The translations under genes and the position numbers were made by a program. From positions 1 through 64,000 of the forward strand of contig CASFOZ010000005.1 of assembly GCA_949296455.1 (NCBI GenBank): 64,000 nt of DNA. The letters are read 5' to 3'. The notes under the pieces were generated by a model, which did no database searches, was not told the origin of the DNA, and saw only the letters and a list, made by a program, of their open reading frames with translations. Positions 48,953 through 59,800 of this stretch are shown here, one piece after another (within the stretch, counting starts at the first letter, position 1; every line of letters begins with the position of its first letter). The stretch comes from an uncultured Eubacteriales bacterium. GTDB lineage: Bacteria > Bacillota > Clostridia > Christensenellales > CALVMC01.

Positions 48953-49459
48953 ATGGCTAAAAAATTAGGCAGACCTACCGACCAGAGAATGGCTATTATT
49001 AAAAATCAGGCTTCAGAACTTCTTTGGTACGGAAGAATAGAAACAACCGTCGACAGAGCAAAGGCTATCGGCAGATATGCCGAAAAAATGCTTACTCTTG
49101 CAATCAATTCCTATGACGATGTCGCTACGGCAACGAAAAAGAAAGTAAACCTTAAAGGTAATGCCGTTAATGTTAAATTTGAAAACGACGGCGTTAAAAA
49201 GCTTAATGCAAGACGCAGACTTATGGCAGGACTTGTCGACCTTAAACCGGTCAAGAGCAAGGACCAGTCCAAAAGCGAATACCGTAACGAAAACAAGGAT
49301 GTCAATCACCCTCTCATTGAAAAGATATTCAGAGAATACGCTCCCAAATATGCAAAGCGTAATCAGGAAAACGGAAAGGGCGGCGGTTATACAAGAGTTA
49401 TAAAATTAGGTCAAAGAAGAGGCGACGCCGCTGAAATGGCTATCGTAGAACTTGTATAA
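48953..49459 (+). CDS. rplQ: 50S ribosomal protein L17 (168 aa, with an internal insertion relative to typical ~120-aa L17)
   Basis: ...GRPTDQRMAIIKNQASELLWYGRIETTVDRAKA... and the C-terminal ...GGGYTRVIKLGQRRGDAAEMAIVELV. Confidence 0.94.
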   Translation: MAKKLGRPTDQRMAIIKNQASELLWYGRIETTVDRAKAIGRYAEKMLTLAINSYDDVATATKKKVNLKGNAVNVKFENDGVKKLNARRRLMAGLVDLKPVKSKDQSKSEYRNENKDVNHPLIEKIFREYAPKYAKRNQENGKGGGYTRVIKLGQRRGDAAEMAIVELV

Positions 49460-49485
49460 TCAATAAATCCTTTAAAGAAAAAAGA

Positions 49486-49510
49486 AAACAGCTTTAAAAG
49501 CTGTTTTTTT
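49486..49510. terminator. Bidirectional intrinsic terminator between rplQ (+) and ispDF (-)
   Basis: aaacagcttt-a-aaagctgttt palindrome is flanked by an A-run on one side and ttttttt on the other. Confidence 0.8.
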
Positions 49511-49553
49511 ATTTTATTAAATTTACTTAATATAAGTTATAGAATGTAGAATT

Positions 49554-50696
49554 TCAATAAATGATAAGACTGCAAGTTGCCGAAACACTTATTGCTTTCT
49601 GTCTTCCGACGCTTCCCATACCTTCGGTAGTCGTTGCGGATATGCAGACTGCGCTTTCATTGATATTGAGTATGTCTGCAATTTTTTTGCACATTTTAGG
49701 TATATGCGGAGAAAGACGAGGTCTTTCGGCAAGAATTACGGCGGAAACATTATTTACTATAAAGTTTTTCTTTTCCACCTTTTCGTAAACCCTTTTTAAA
49801 AGTTCTATGCTCGATATATCTTTAAACCTCGGGTCGTTATCCGGGAACTGTACTCCTATATCTCTTTCGCCGCAAGCGGAAAGCAAACTGTCCATAATTG
49901 CGTGAAGAAGAACATCTGCGTCGCTGTGACCTTCGAGTCCCAAATAATGCTCTATTTCCACACCGCCTAAAATAAGTTTTCTTCCGGCAACGAGTTTATG
50001 GGTATCGAACCCGACTCCGACGGTGTAATTTCTCGGAATAAATCTGCATATATCCACAGGAGTTGTGATTTTAATGTTTTCGCTGTCACCTTCAACAATA
50101 TCGACAGGCCCTACGAATTTTTCGTAAACCGAACTGTCATCGGTAAAATCTCCGTCCGCTTTGTTGTACGCTTCTATAAGCGCCTGCTTTTTAAATGCCT
50201 GAGGGGTTTGAGCAAAATAGTATTTGCTTCTGTCCTCGCTTTTTATTATCTTTCCGTCTTTGACTACTTTTACCGTATCGGTGACGGGGATAGCCGCCGC
50301 GCAGGCTCCCGTTTCTTTTGCTTTCTTTATACAGTTATTTATTATCTTTTGCGATACGAAAGGTCTTGCGCCGTCGTGTACCATAACTATATCGGCATCG
50401 TCGTCTATGTAGAACATTGCTTTTTTAATCGATTCGAATCTTGTTTTGCCGCCTTCCGAAAGCACTATTTCTTTTTCCTTTCCGGTAGTAAAATATTTAA
50501 TATAAGGTAAATCCGAAGGCGCATAAGTTATTATTATTTTAGAAATGTTTTCATTGTAAATAAAGGGTGCAAGACTCCTTTCAAAGACGGTTAATCCGCC
50601 CACTCTCAAAAGCAGTTTATTGATTCCGAGTCCCATTCTTTTTCCCGACCCTGCGCAAGCAAGTATAACGTTAGTTTTTACCATTTTCATCTCCAA
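49554..50696 (-). CDS. ispDF: Bifunctional 2-C-methyl-D-erythritol 4-phosphate cytidylyltransferase / 2-C-methyl-D-erythritol 2,4-cyclodiphosphate synthase (IspD-IspF fusion)
   Basis: The N-terminal half VILACAGSGKRMG... matches the IspD motif. The C-terminal half GVGFDTHKL..GRKLILGGVEIEHYLGLEGHSDADVLLHAI.DSLL matches the IspF metal-binding signature. The exact start (MEMKM/MVKTNV) is uncertain. Confidence 0.88.
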   Translation of the reverse strand: MEMKMVKTNVILACAGSGKRMGLGINKLLLRVGGLTVFERSLAPFIYNENISKIIITYAPSDLPYIKYFTTGKEKEIVLSEGGKTRFESIKKAMFYIDDDADIVMVHDGARPFVSQKIINNCIKKAKETGACAAAIPVTDTVKVVKDGKIIKSEDRSKYYFAQTPQAFKKQALIEAYNKADGDFTDDSSVYEKFVGPVDIVEGDSENIKITTPVDICRFIPRNYTVGVGFDTHKLVAGRKLILGGVEIEHYLGLEGHSDADVLLHAIMDSLLSACGERDIGVQFPDNDPRFKDISSIELLKRVYEKVEKKNFIVNNVSAVILAERPRLSPHIPKMCKKIADILNINESAVCISATTTEGMGSVGRQKAISVSATCSLIIY

Positions 50697-50925
50697 GTAT
50701 TTCGTATGCCGAACTTTCTTTCTGGTTCAGGTTTTCCGTTTTCAGTACCTTAACTTTCAGCATTTTGGTGCCGAAATCTATTTCTATTATATCTCCCTCT
50801 TTTACGGCAGCGCAGGCTTTTGCCGTTCTGCCGTTGAGATATACTCTTCCGTTATCGGCAGCCCCGTTTGCCACCGTTCTTCTCTTTATTATTCCCGTTA
50901 CTTTCAAATATTTATCTATTCTCAT
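50671..50925 (-). CDS. Small S4-domain RNA-binding protein (Hsp15/YabO-like)
   Basis: MRIDKYLKVTGIIKRRTVANGAADNGRVYLNGRTAKA...GDIIEI is an S4 RNA-binding fold motif. 84 aa. Its 3' end overlaps the ispDF start. Confidence 0.75.
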   Translation of the reverse strand: MRIDKYLKVTGIIKRRTVANGAADNGRVYLNGRTAKACAAVKEGDIIEIDFGTKMLKVKVLKTENLNQKESSAYEILGDENGKN

Positions 50926-51066
50926 ATCATACCGTTATATAAACTTAAAAGAAAATTTTTTTACTCTTATCGTTTAGTCGCAAGATTTTATTTAAGTCTT
51001 TAATGTTTAATAGTCGCAAGGCTTAGAGCCTTTAACGTTCATTGTGTTTTTTGATTTCCTTTTATA

Positions 51067-51768
51067 TTATTTCATTTGCTTTATCGTTTCCGAAAGCATA
51101 CTGAAATCTTTGCAGTAGTAAGGATAATCATACAAGTTATCTTTGCGGACGAGTATTCCTTTTATTCCCGCTTTTAATGCACCCAGTATATCCGCTTGAT
51201 AATTGTCGCCTATCATAAGAGAATTTTCGGCTTTTGCTCCGCATTCTTTCAATGCGTATTCGAATATCTTTATGTTAGGCTTCTCGTATTCGTACTCCGA
51301 CGAAAATATCATTTTGTCAAAGTAAATGTCGAGTTTAAGTTCTTTCGCAATTTCTCTTGCTTCGGGTACATGGTTGGATAATATAAAAAGTTTATATCCT
51401 TCCTTTTTAAGTTTTTCAAGGGTAGGAACGGTATCCTCGAATACCCGCCAATATTTTATGTCGCAATACCTTTTCGGAAAAGCTTCCGCTACTCTTTCAG
51501 CCGTTTCGTAAGGGTATTTTTCGGAAAGCTTTTTAACGATATATCTTTTGACGAACTCCCACCATTCTATGCCCTTAAAAAATTCCGTATGAGAAAGGTC
51601 GCTTCTTGCCCACGGATATTTTCGGTCTTTCAGAAAATCGGGACAGTCTGTTTTTTTGGCTTTAATGTTTTCTTCCGACAGAAGTTCTCTTACCGTGTCC
51701 CGCCACATTTTTAAACGATAGGCGAGAGTCATATCGAAGTCGAAAAACAAATTGCCAAAATTTACCAT
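51067..51768 (-). CDS. HAD-superfamily hydrolase
   Basis: The N-terminal FDFDMTL motif (DxDxT) and the ...ILSNH... / ...IGDNYQADILGA... motifs match the HAD fold. Confidence 0.8.
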   Translation of the reverse strand: MVNFGNLFFDFDMTLAYRLKMWRDTVRELLSEENIKAKKTDCPDFLKDRKYPWARSDLSHTEFFKGIEWWEFVKRYIVKKLSEKYPYETAERVAEAFPKRYCDIKYWRVFEDTVPTLEKLKKEGYKLFILSNHVPEAREIAKELKLDIYFDKMIFSSEYEYEKPNIKIFEYALKECGAKAENSLMIGDNYQADILGALKAGIKGILVRKDNLYDYPYYCKDFSMLSETIKQMK

Positions 51769-52258
51769 ATTTTTATTTTAACACAATAAATATTTAAGGG
51801 CAATAGTTTTTCGAATTTATTCGACACAATTAAAAGATATTGTATTCATAATTTTACCGTTTCAAAAGGAATTGTATTTAATGATTAACCGTCTTTTGAA
51901 GTAAACCCAAAATCCTTTCTGTTTTAAATTTGTTGAGAACACTTTTTTATTTATTCGTTAAGAACAAGTTTTTATTTGTCTTTAAGTGCATTATCGTACT
52001 TGAGTCTCTTACTTCAAGTTGCTGAATCAGGTTTTTACCGAAATAAAAATTAATAAAAAAAATAGGCGATAATGACTTTTATATCCTTTACAAAATACGA
52101 TAAATGTTGTATCCTATTTAAAATTAATCTTTAAGCGCAGTACAGAGATACTCGTAAGATTTAAAATAATTTCAAAATACCCTTGCGGGTGTTTTCAATA
52201 TCTTTTTAAGTCTTGCTACGAGTCCGTGTAAGACTTTATTTATACAAAGGAGGTTTAA

Positions 52259-53335
52259 ATGGCTTATTTAACTCTTGTTGACGGAACTATTTTTGAAGGT
52301 GCGTCTTTCGGATATGAAGGCGATGTTATAGGCGAAGTCGTTTTCAATACGGGAATGACAGGTTATCAGGAACTTCTTACCGACCCTTCCTATGTAGGAC
52401 AGATTGTCAATATGACCTATCCGCTCATAGGCAATTACGGAGTAAACTCTAACGATACCGAATCGGATTCTCCTAAGGTAAGGGGCTTTATAGTAAGGGA
52501 TTACTGCGAAGCGCCGAGCAACTGGCACTGCGAAAACACTCTCGACAGTTATCTGAAAGAAAATAAAATAGTCGCTTTGCGCTCTATCGATACCCGTGCT
52601 TTAACGAGAAAAATCAGAGAAATGGGCACAATGATGGGAATTATTTCCCAAAAACTTCCTACAGCGAAGCAACTTCTCGAAGTTCAGAATTATAAAATAG
52701 AAAAGTCCGTTCAGTCGGTTACCACTCAGAAAAAATACACCGTGCCTTTGAAAAACGGACTGAAAGCCGCAGTTATAGATTACGGTCTTAAAAGAAACAT
52801 TTTGGACTCTTTAACAAGAAACGGATTCGAGTCCACGGTCTATCCTTGTTTTACCAAAGCCGAAGATATTTTAAAAGACAATCCCGACGCCATTATGCTG
52901 ACAAACGGTCCCGGCAACCCCAAAGACAACGAGTTCGAAATAGAACAGATAAAAAAACTTGTCGGCAAAAAACCACTTTTCGGAATATGTTTAGGCCATC
53001 AGCTTCTTGCCCTTGCGCACGGTGCGGACACTTATAAACTTAAATACGGTCACAGGGGTTCCAACCACCCGGTAAAAGATATTGACAGCGGTAAGGTTTT
53101 CATAACAAGTCAGAACCACGGTTATGCCGTTGACGAAAATACCGTAAAAGGATTCGGCAGGGTTTCCCATACCAACTGGAACGACAGAAGCGTCGAAGGT
53201 ATTATTTATAACGACGGAATAAGTTTTTCCGTTCAGTTCCACCCCGAAGCAAGCCCGGGTCCAAACGACACCGAACACCTTTTCGGCAAGTTCAACAGAC
53301 TTGCAAGAGAATTCAAGCAAGGGGGTAAAAAATAA
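52259..53335 (+). CDS. carA: Carbamoyl-phosphate synthase small (glutamine amidotransferase) subunit
   Basis: MAYLTLVDGTIFEGASFGYEG...GEVVFNTGMTGYQE... The GATase catalytic region is GICLGHQLL. Confidence 0.96.
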   Translation: MAYLTLVDGTIFEGASFGYEGDVIGEVVFNTGMTGYQELLTDPSYVGQIVNMTYPLIGNYGVNSNDTESDSPKVRGFIVRDYCEAPSNWHCENTLDSYLKENKIVALRSIDTRALTRKIREMGTMMGIISQKLPTAKQLLEVQNYKIEKSVQSVTTQKKYTVPLKNGLKAAVIDYGLKRNILDSLTRNGFESTVYPCFTKAEDILKDNPDAIMLTNGPGNPKDNEFEIEQIKKLVGKKPLFGICLGHQLLALAHGADTYKLKYGHRGSNHPVKDIDSGKVFITSQNHGYAVDENTVKGFGRVSHTNWNDRSVEGIIYNDGISFSVQFHPEASPGPNDTEHLFGKFNRLAREFKQGGKK

Positions 53336-56300
53336 TGCCAAAAGATAAATCCATAAAAAAGGTTCTTATTATCGGAAGCGGTCCTATCGCAATAGGACAG
53401 GCGGCTGAGTTCGACTATGCGGGAACTCAGGCTTGTAAGGCTCTCAAAGAGGAAGGTATAGAAACCGTTCTTGTAAACAGCAACCCCGCAACCATTATGA
53501 CCGATAAAAATATGGCGGATAAAGTATATCTCGAACCGCTTACGGTAGAAGTCATAAAGAATATTATTATCAAAGAAAAACCCGACAGCATTCTTCCCAC
53601 TCTCGGCGGACAAACCGGACTTAATCTTGCATGCGAAATTGCAGAAAGCGGTTTTTTAGAAGAACATAACGTAAAACTTCTCGGCACCACCGTCGAGTCC
53701 ATAAAAAAATCGGAAGACAGAGAGCTTTTCAAAAAGACTATGGAAGAAATCGGCGAGCCTTGTATCGAGAGCGTTATAGTTCATAAAGTAGAAGAGGCTT
53801 TGGAATTTTCCGAAAAGGCAGGATTCCCTCTTATCGTAAGACCTGCTTACACTCTGGGCGGTACCGGCGGCGGTATGGCGGATAACCGTAAGGAACTTGA
53901 AGAAATCTGCAAAGCCGGTCTTAAAGCAAGCCGTGTAGGTCAATGCCTTATAGAGAAATCCGTTGCAGGCTGGAAGGAAATAGAATACGAAGTAATGAGA
54001 GATTCGGCAGGGAATGTTATTACTATCTGTAATATGGAAAATCTCGACCCGGTAGGAATACATACCGGCGACAGCATAGTTCTTGCACCTTCTCAGACTT
54101 TAAGAGAAAAAGAATATCAGATGCTCAGAACGGCAAGTTTAAATATTATTTCCGCCCTTAAAATCTGCGGCGGCTGTAACGTGCAGTTTGCTCTCGATAC
54201 CGAGAGTATGAAATATGCCGTTATAGAAGTTAATCCCCGTGTTTCCCGCTCTTCCGCTCTTGCAAGCAAAGCAACGGGATATCCTATCGCAAGGGTGGCT
54301 TCTCTTGTTGCGGTAGGGTACTGTCTTGACGAAATTAAAAATATGGTTACGGGTAAAACTTATGCTTGTTTCGAGCCTACGATAGATTATGTCGTTTGTA
54401 AATTTCCACGCTGGCCTTTCGATAAATTCACGGCTGCAAATAAAACTCTCGGAACGAGAATGAAAGCCACGGGCGAAGTTATGTCGATAGGAAGCAACTT
54501 CGAATCGGCTCTTTTAAAATCTTTAAGGTCACTCGAACTCGGCTACTACTCGACCGAAAGCAAGAAGTTTTTAGAGATGAGCGATAAGGAAGTCAAGGAA
54601 AATCTTAAAATCAAGAACGACGAAAGACTCTTTTGCGTCTGCGAAGCTTTAAGAAGAAAAATAGATATTTCCTTTATCAATAAAGTTACTCAGATAGATA
54701 AATGGTTTTTAACAAAACTCAACAATATTGTTCAACTCGAAGAAAAGGTCAAAAAGGAAAAATTAGACTGTCTCGACGCTCACACTCTTAAAAAACTGAA
54801 ACAGACGGGATTTTCCGATAAAGCCATTGCAGGCTGGTGCGGAATCGACGAAAGATATATAAGAAATTTAAGAAAACAGTTCAATGTTATGCCGGTTTAT
54901 AAAATGGTGGATACATGCGGTGCGGAATTCGAAGCGGTAAGTCCATACTACTATTCGACATACGAGCAGGAAAACGAAAGCGTTCCCGACCATTCCAAAA
55001 AAACCGTCGTTGTTCTCGGAAGCGGTCCTATAAGAATAGGTCAGGGCGTGGAATTCGATTACTGTTCGGTTCACTGTATATGGGCTCTCAAAAAACTCGG
55101 ATATCAGGCTGTAATTATAAATAACAACCCTGAAACTGTTTCAACCGATTTCGATACATCGGACAAACTTTACTTCGAGCCTTTGACAAGCGAAGAAGTA
55201 TGGAATATTCTCGAACTCGAAAAACCCGAAGGAGTAATAGTTCAGTTCGGCGGGCAGACCGCAATCAAACTTGCCGAAGCCGTGGAAAAGGGCGGATTCA
55301 AAATTCTCGGGACAAGCGTTAAATCAATAAACGACGCAGAAGATAAGGAAGCCTTTGACGAACTTTTGGAAAAACTGAATATTTCCCGCCCCAAAGGTCT
55401 TACCGTATTCAATAAAGAAGAGGCAGTCAAAGCCGCAGAAGAATTAGGGTACCCCGTGCTCGTCAGACCTTCTTATGTTCTCGGCGGTCAGGGTATGGAA
55501 ATCGCCTACAAGAGTTCGGATATAGAAGAGTATATGGATATTATCTGTATGCATAAGCAGGAACACCCCGTGCTTGTAGATAAGTATATCTCGGGTATGG
55601 AACTCGAAGTGGACGCAATCTGCGACGGTAAAGATATTTTGATTCCGGGAATTATGCAGCATATAGAAAGAACGGGCGTCCACAGCGGCGACAGCATAAG
55701 CGTTTATCCTCCCGTAGGTCTTTCTGAAAAAACAATAGATAAAATCGTAAAAATGACAAAAGAACTCGCTTTCGGTACCGGTACGATAGGATTAATCAAT
55801 ATACAGTATATTCTCAAAGACGAAGACCTTTATGTAATAGAAGTCAATCCCCGTTCGTCAAGAACCGTTCCTTATATCAGTAAGGTAACGGATATTCCTA
55901 TGGTTCAGCTCGCTACCCGCTGCTGTTTAGGCGAAAAATTAAAATCAATGGGCTGCGGTACGGGACTTCACAAGGCTTCAAAGGTTTATGCAATCAAAGT
56001 TCCGGTATTCAGCAACGATAAAATTCCCGACCTCGAAATATCTTTAAGTCCCGAAATGAAATCGACGGGAGAGGTTTTGGGACTTTCGGAAAATTACAGC
56101 GAAGCCCTTCTTAAAGGACTTTTTGCAAGCGGTCTTAAAGTCGTTAAGGGCGGCGGAGTATTCGTTTCGGTTTCTGACAACTGCAAGGAAGAAGCGGCTC
56201 CTCTCGTTAAAAGCCTTGCCGATATGGGATTTACGATTTATGCAACGGGAGGGACTTCCGCATACCTTAAAGAAAAAGGAATTAATTCCGTTACCGTTAA

Positions 56301-56574
56301 AAAACTGCACGAGTCGGACGATATTTCCGATTTAATAAAATCGGGTAAAGTCAAAGTCATAATCAATACTCCGACAAAAGGAAGAAATTCAAACAGAGAC
56401 GGTTTCAAAATCCGCCGTATGGGAGTAGAACAGGGTGCAACCTGCTTCACTTCGCTCGATACCGTAGGCGCTTTCGTCAATGCTTTGAAAATAAATAAAA
56501 GCGATAAGGACCTTAAACTCTGTTCTCTTCAGGATGTGGAAAAAATCAACGGAAAGGTTAAAATAAAAGGTTAA
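53335..56574 (+). CDS. carB: Carbamoyl-phosphate synthase large subunit
   Basis: 1079 aa, with ...KVLIIGSGPIAIGQAAEFDYAGTQAC... and duplicated ATP-grasp halves. Its start overlaps the carA stop. Confidence 0.97.
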   Translation: MPKDKSIKKVLIIGSGPIAIGQAAEFDYAGTQACKALKEEGIETVLVNSNPATIMTDKNMADKVYLEPLTVEVIKNIIIKEKPDSILPTLGGQTGLNLACEIAESGFLEEHNVKLLGTTVESIKKSEDRELFKKTMEEIGEPCIESVIVHKVEEALEFSEKAGFPLIVRPAYTLGGTGGGMADNRKELEEICKAGLKASRVGQCLIEKSVAGWKEIEYEVMRDSAGNVITICNMENLDPVGIHTGDSIVLAPSQTLREKEYQMLRTASLNIISALKICGGCNVQFALDTESMKYAVIEVNPRVSRSSALASKATGYPIARVASLVAVGYCLDEIKNMVTGKTYACFEPTIDYVVCKFPRWPFDKFTAANKTLGTRMKATGEVMSIGSNFESALLKSLRSLELGYYSTESKKFLEMSDKEVKENLKIKNDERLFCVCEALRRKIDISFINKVTQIDKWFLTKLNNIVQLEEKVKKEKLDCLDAHTLKKLKQTGFSDKAIAGWCGIDERYIRNLRKQFNVMPVYKMVDTCGAEFEAVSPYYYSTYEQENESVPDHSKKTVVVLGSGPIRIGQGVEFDYCSVHCIWALKKLGYQAVIINNNPETVSTDFDTSDKLYFEPLTSEEVWNILELEKPEGVIVQFGGQTAIKLAEAVEKGGFKILGTSVKSINDAEDKEAFDELLEKLNISRPKGLTVFNKEEAVKAAEELGYPVLVRPSYVLGGQGMEIAYKSSDIEEYMDIICMHKQEHPVLVDKYISGMELEVDAICDGKDILIPGIMQHIERTGVHSGDSISVYPPVGLSEKTIDKIVKMTKELAFGTGTIGLINIQYILKDEDLYVIEVNPRSSRTVPYISKVTDIPMVQLATRCCLGEKLKSMGCGTGLHKASKVYAIKVPVFSNDKIPDLEISLSPEMKSTGEVLGLSENYSEALLKGLFASGLKVVKGGGVFVSVSDNCKEEAAPLVKSLADMGFTIYATGGTSAYLKEKGINSVTVKKLHESDDISDLIKSGKVKVIINTPTKGRNSNRDGFKIRRMGVEQGATCFTSLDTVGAFVNALKINKSDKDLKLCSLQDVEKINGKVKIKG

Positions 56575-56601
56575 TTGATTTTAAGATATCGATTTTGTTT
56601 C

Positions 56602-56640
56602 AAAGACTTATCTTTTTCGGATAAGTCTTTTTATTTTTTT
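56602..56640 (+). terminator. Rho-independent terminator after carB
   Basis: aaagacttatc-tttttcg-gataagtcttt hairpin followed by ttattttttt. Confidence 0.85.
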
Positions 56641-56685
56641 AAAATTTTAAATTTTGAAAAAATTTTATTAATTTGTTAAAAATAC

Positions 56686-56714
56686 TTTACACCTTTACAA
56701 ATTTAAGTTATAAT
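56686..56714 (+). promoter_or_regulatory. Sigma-A promoter (TTTACA-17-TATAAT) upstream of rpoB
   Basis: tttaca at 56686-91, a 17-nt spacer, tataat at 56709-14. The ~130-nt leader contains a cccgca...tgcggg hairpin. Confidence 0.6.
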
Positions 56715-56846
56715 CTATACTTGCATTATTATGTGGTAATATCCCCTTTTTGTATCCCGCAGGGCAATTTTTGCGGGTAAGGGGCGGTTTTTAAAGATTG
56801 AAAACGGTTCATCGGCCTTTCAAATAAATTTAAGGAGAGTGACAAA

Positions 56847-59800
56847 ATGTCTCAAAGAATTCATAAGGTAAAATTCGGAAATACTGACAGATACAGCTTC
56901 TCGCAAATAAAAGAGACGCTGGAAATTCCGTATTTTATCGAAGTGCAAAAGGAATCTTATAAGAATTTCCTTAAGTACGGAATCAAGGAAGTACTCGACC
57001 AGATTTCTCCGATACAGGATTTCGGCGGAAGAATGGAAATACATTTCCTCGATTACACTTTAACGGGCGAGCCTAAGTACGATGTCAAAGAGTGCAAGGA
57101 CAGAGATGCTACCTATGCTCTTCCGCTCAGAGTCAAGGTTCGTCTTATAAACAAGGAAACAAACGAGCATATCGACCAGGAAGTTTTTATGGGTGATATT
57201 CCTTTGATGACCGAAAGCGGTTCTTTCGTTATTAACGGAGCCGAAAGGGTCATTGTCAGCCAGCTTGTAAGAAGCCCCGGCGTTTACTCCGCAAAAGAGT
57301 ACGACAAAAACGGTATTTACAGATATCAGACCACCGTTATGCCGAACAGGGGAGCTTGGCTTGAATTCGAGCAGGACGCAAATAACTTGCTCTGGGTACA
57401 TGTCGACAGAACAAGAAAAATTACCGCTACCGTTCTTTTAAGAGCCTTAGGATTCGGAACGGACGAAGAGCTTATGACTCTTTTCGGCGGCGACAATATG
57501 ATTGCAAAAACCATAGAAAAAGACGTGGTTAAAAATTGCGAAGAAGCAAAAGTCGAACTCTATAAAAGACTCAGACCGGGCGAAGTTCCGACTGTAGAAG
57601 GCGTAGATTTGCTTATAAAAAACATTTTCTTCGACCCGAGAAGATACGACCTTGCAAGGGTAGGAAGGTTCAAGTTCAATTCCAAACTTTCCCTTGCCGA
57701 CAGAATTAACGGTCAGGTTCTCGAAGAAGACGCAGTTAGCCCTTTAACCGGTGAAATTCTCGCTAAAAAAGGCGACAAAATAACTTTTGAAAAGGCTTGG
57801 GAAATACAGAACAGCGGCCTTAACGAAGTATGGGTTAAAGCTCCGACCGGTATTCCTTTCAAAATGATAGGTAACGCAACCGTGGATATCGAAAAGGTTT
57901 TAGACTGCAACGCAGAAGAACTCGGCATAAAAGAACTTGTTTATTTTCCATTCCTGTCAAAGTTAATGCAGGAGTTTACAGATAAAAAATCTCTTTTGAA
58001 AGCCATAGAAATGAATGTCGACAATCTCGTCGTTAAACATGTTACGGTTGAAGATATCGTCGCTTCCGTTTCCTATAACCTTTCTTTGTCTCAAGGCTTC
58101 GGTATGGTTGACAATATCGACCATTTGAGCAACAGAAGGGTTCGTTCGGTTGGCGAACTTTTACAAAATCAGTTCAGAATAGGTATGATAAGACTCGAAA
58201 GAGTTATTAAGGAAAGAATGAGCGTTGCTCAGGATTTGAGCGCAATAAGCCCTCAAAGCCTTATCAATATAAGACCTATTACAAGCGCTATAAGAGAGTT
58301 CTTCGGTTCTTCTCAGCTTTCGCAGTTTATGGACCAGCCCAACCCGATTGCAGAACTTACTCATAAAAGAAAACTTTCCGCACTCGGTCCCGGCGGTCTC
58401 AACAGAGAAAGAGCAAGTTTCGACGTGCGTGACGTTCACCACTCCCATTACGGTCGTATGTGTCCTATCGAAACGCCGGAAGGTCAGAATATCGGTCTTA
58501 TAACTTCTCTTTCAACCTATGCGAAAATAAACGAATACGGTTTTATCGAATCCCCTTACAGAAAGGTAGATAAGGAAAAAGGTATCGTTACCGATAAAGT
58601 AGAATATCTTACCGCAGAAGAAGAGGACAGATATGTTGTCGCTCAGGCTAACGTTCCGCTTGACGAAAACGGCAGATTCCTCGAAGACCGTGTAACTTGC
58701 AGAAGAAGGGAAGAAATCGTAGAGGTAAACTCTTCCGAAGTCGATTATATGGACGTTTCGCCCAAACAGCTTATTTCCGTTGCGACTTCTCTTATTCCCT
58801 TCCTTGAAAACGACGATACCAACCGTGCTCTCATGGGTTCTAACATGCAGAGACAGGCTGTTCCTCTTTTAAGACCGGAAGCTCCGATTATCGGAACAGG
58901 TATGGAACATAAGGTAGCATACGACAGCGGTGTTATGGTTATCGCAAAAAGAGGCGGTACCGTTGTAAAGGCTTCCGACACAAGTATCGTAATAGATACG
59001 GGTAAAGAAAAAGACGTTTACAGACTCAAAAAATTCGAAAGAAGTAATCAGGGAACATGCGTTAATCAGAAACCTATCGTAAAAATAGGGCAGATTGTAA
59101 AAGAAGGCGACGTTCTTGCCGACGGACAGTCAACCGACGGCGGCGAACTTGCCCTCGGAAGAAACATACTCGTAGGTTTTATGTCTTGGGAAGGTTATAA
59201 CTTCGAGGACGCAATTCTCATAAGCGAAGACCTTGTCAAAGACGATGTGTTTACTTCAATCCATATAGAAGAATACGAACTCGAAGCAAGAGATACAAAA
59301 CTCGGCGAAGAAATCATAACAAGAGATATTCCGAATCTCGGCGACGACGTTCTCAGAAATCTCGACGAAAACGGTATCGTTATGATAGGTGCGGAAGTTT
59401 CGAGCGGCGATATCCTTGTAGGTAAGGTTACCCCTAAGGGCGAAACCGAACTTACTCCCGAAGAAAGACTTCTCCGTGCTATTTTCGGCGATAAAGCAAG
59501 AGAGGTTCGTGACACCTCTTTAAGAGTTCCTCACGGCGAAGGCGGTATTGTCGTTGACGTCAAGGAATTTACAAGAGAAAACAAAGACGAACTTCCCCCT
59601 AGCGTAAACAGACTTGTCAGAGTTTATATCGCTCAGAAAAGAAAAATATCCGTCGGAGATAAAATGGCGGGTCGTCACGGAAACAAGGGCGTTATTTCCC
59701 GTGTTCTTCCCAAAGAAGATATGCCGTTCCTTCCCGACGGAACACCTTTACAGATTGTTTTAAACCCGTTAGGCGTTCCTTCCCGTATGAATATCGGGCA

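Noticed and set aside
49998-50510. 170-aa plus-strand ORF opposite ispDF
   Set aside because: It is fully antisense to the IspD-IspF coding sequence. The IspDF call has clear motifs.
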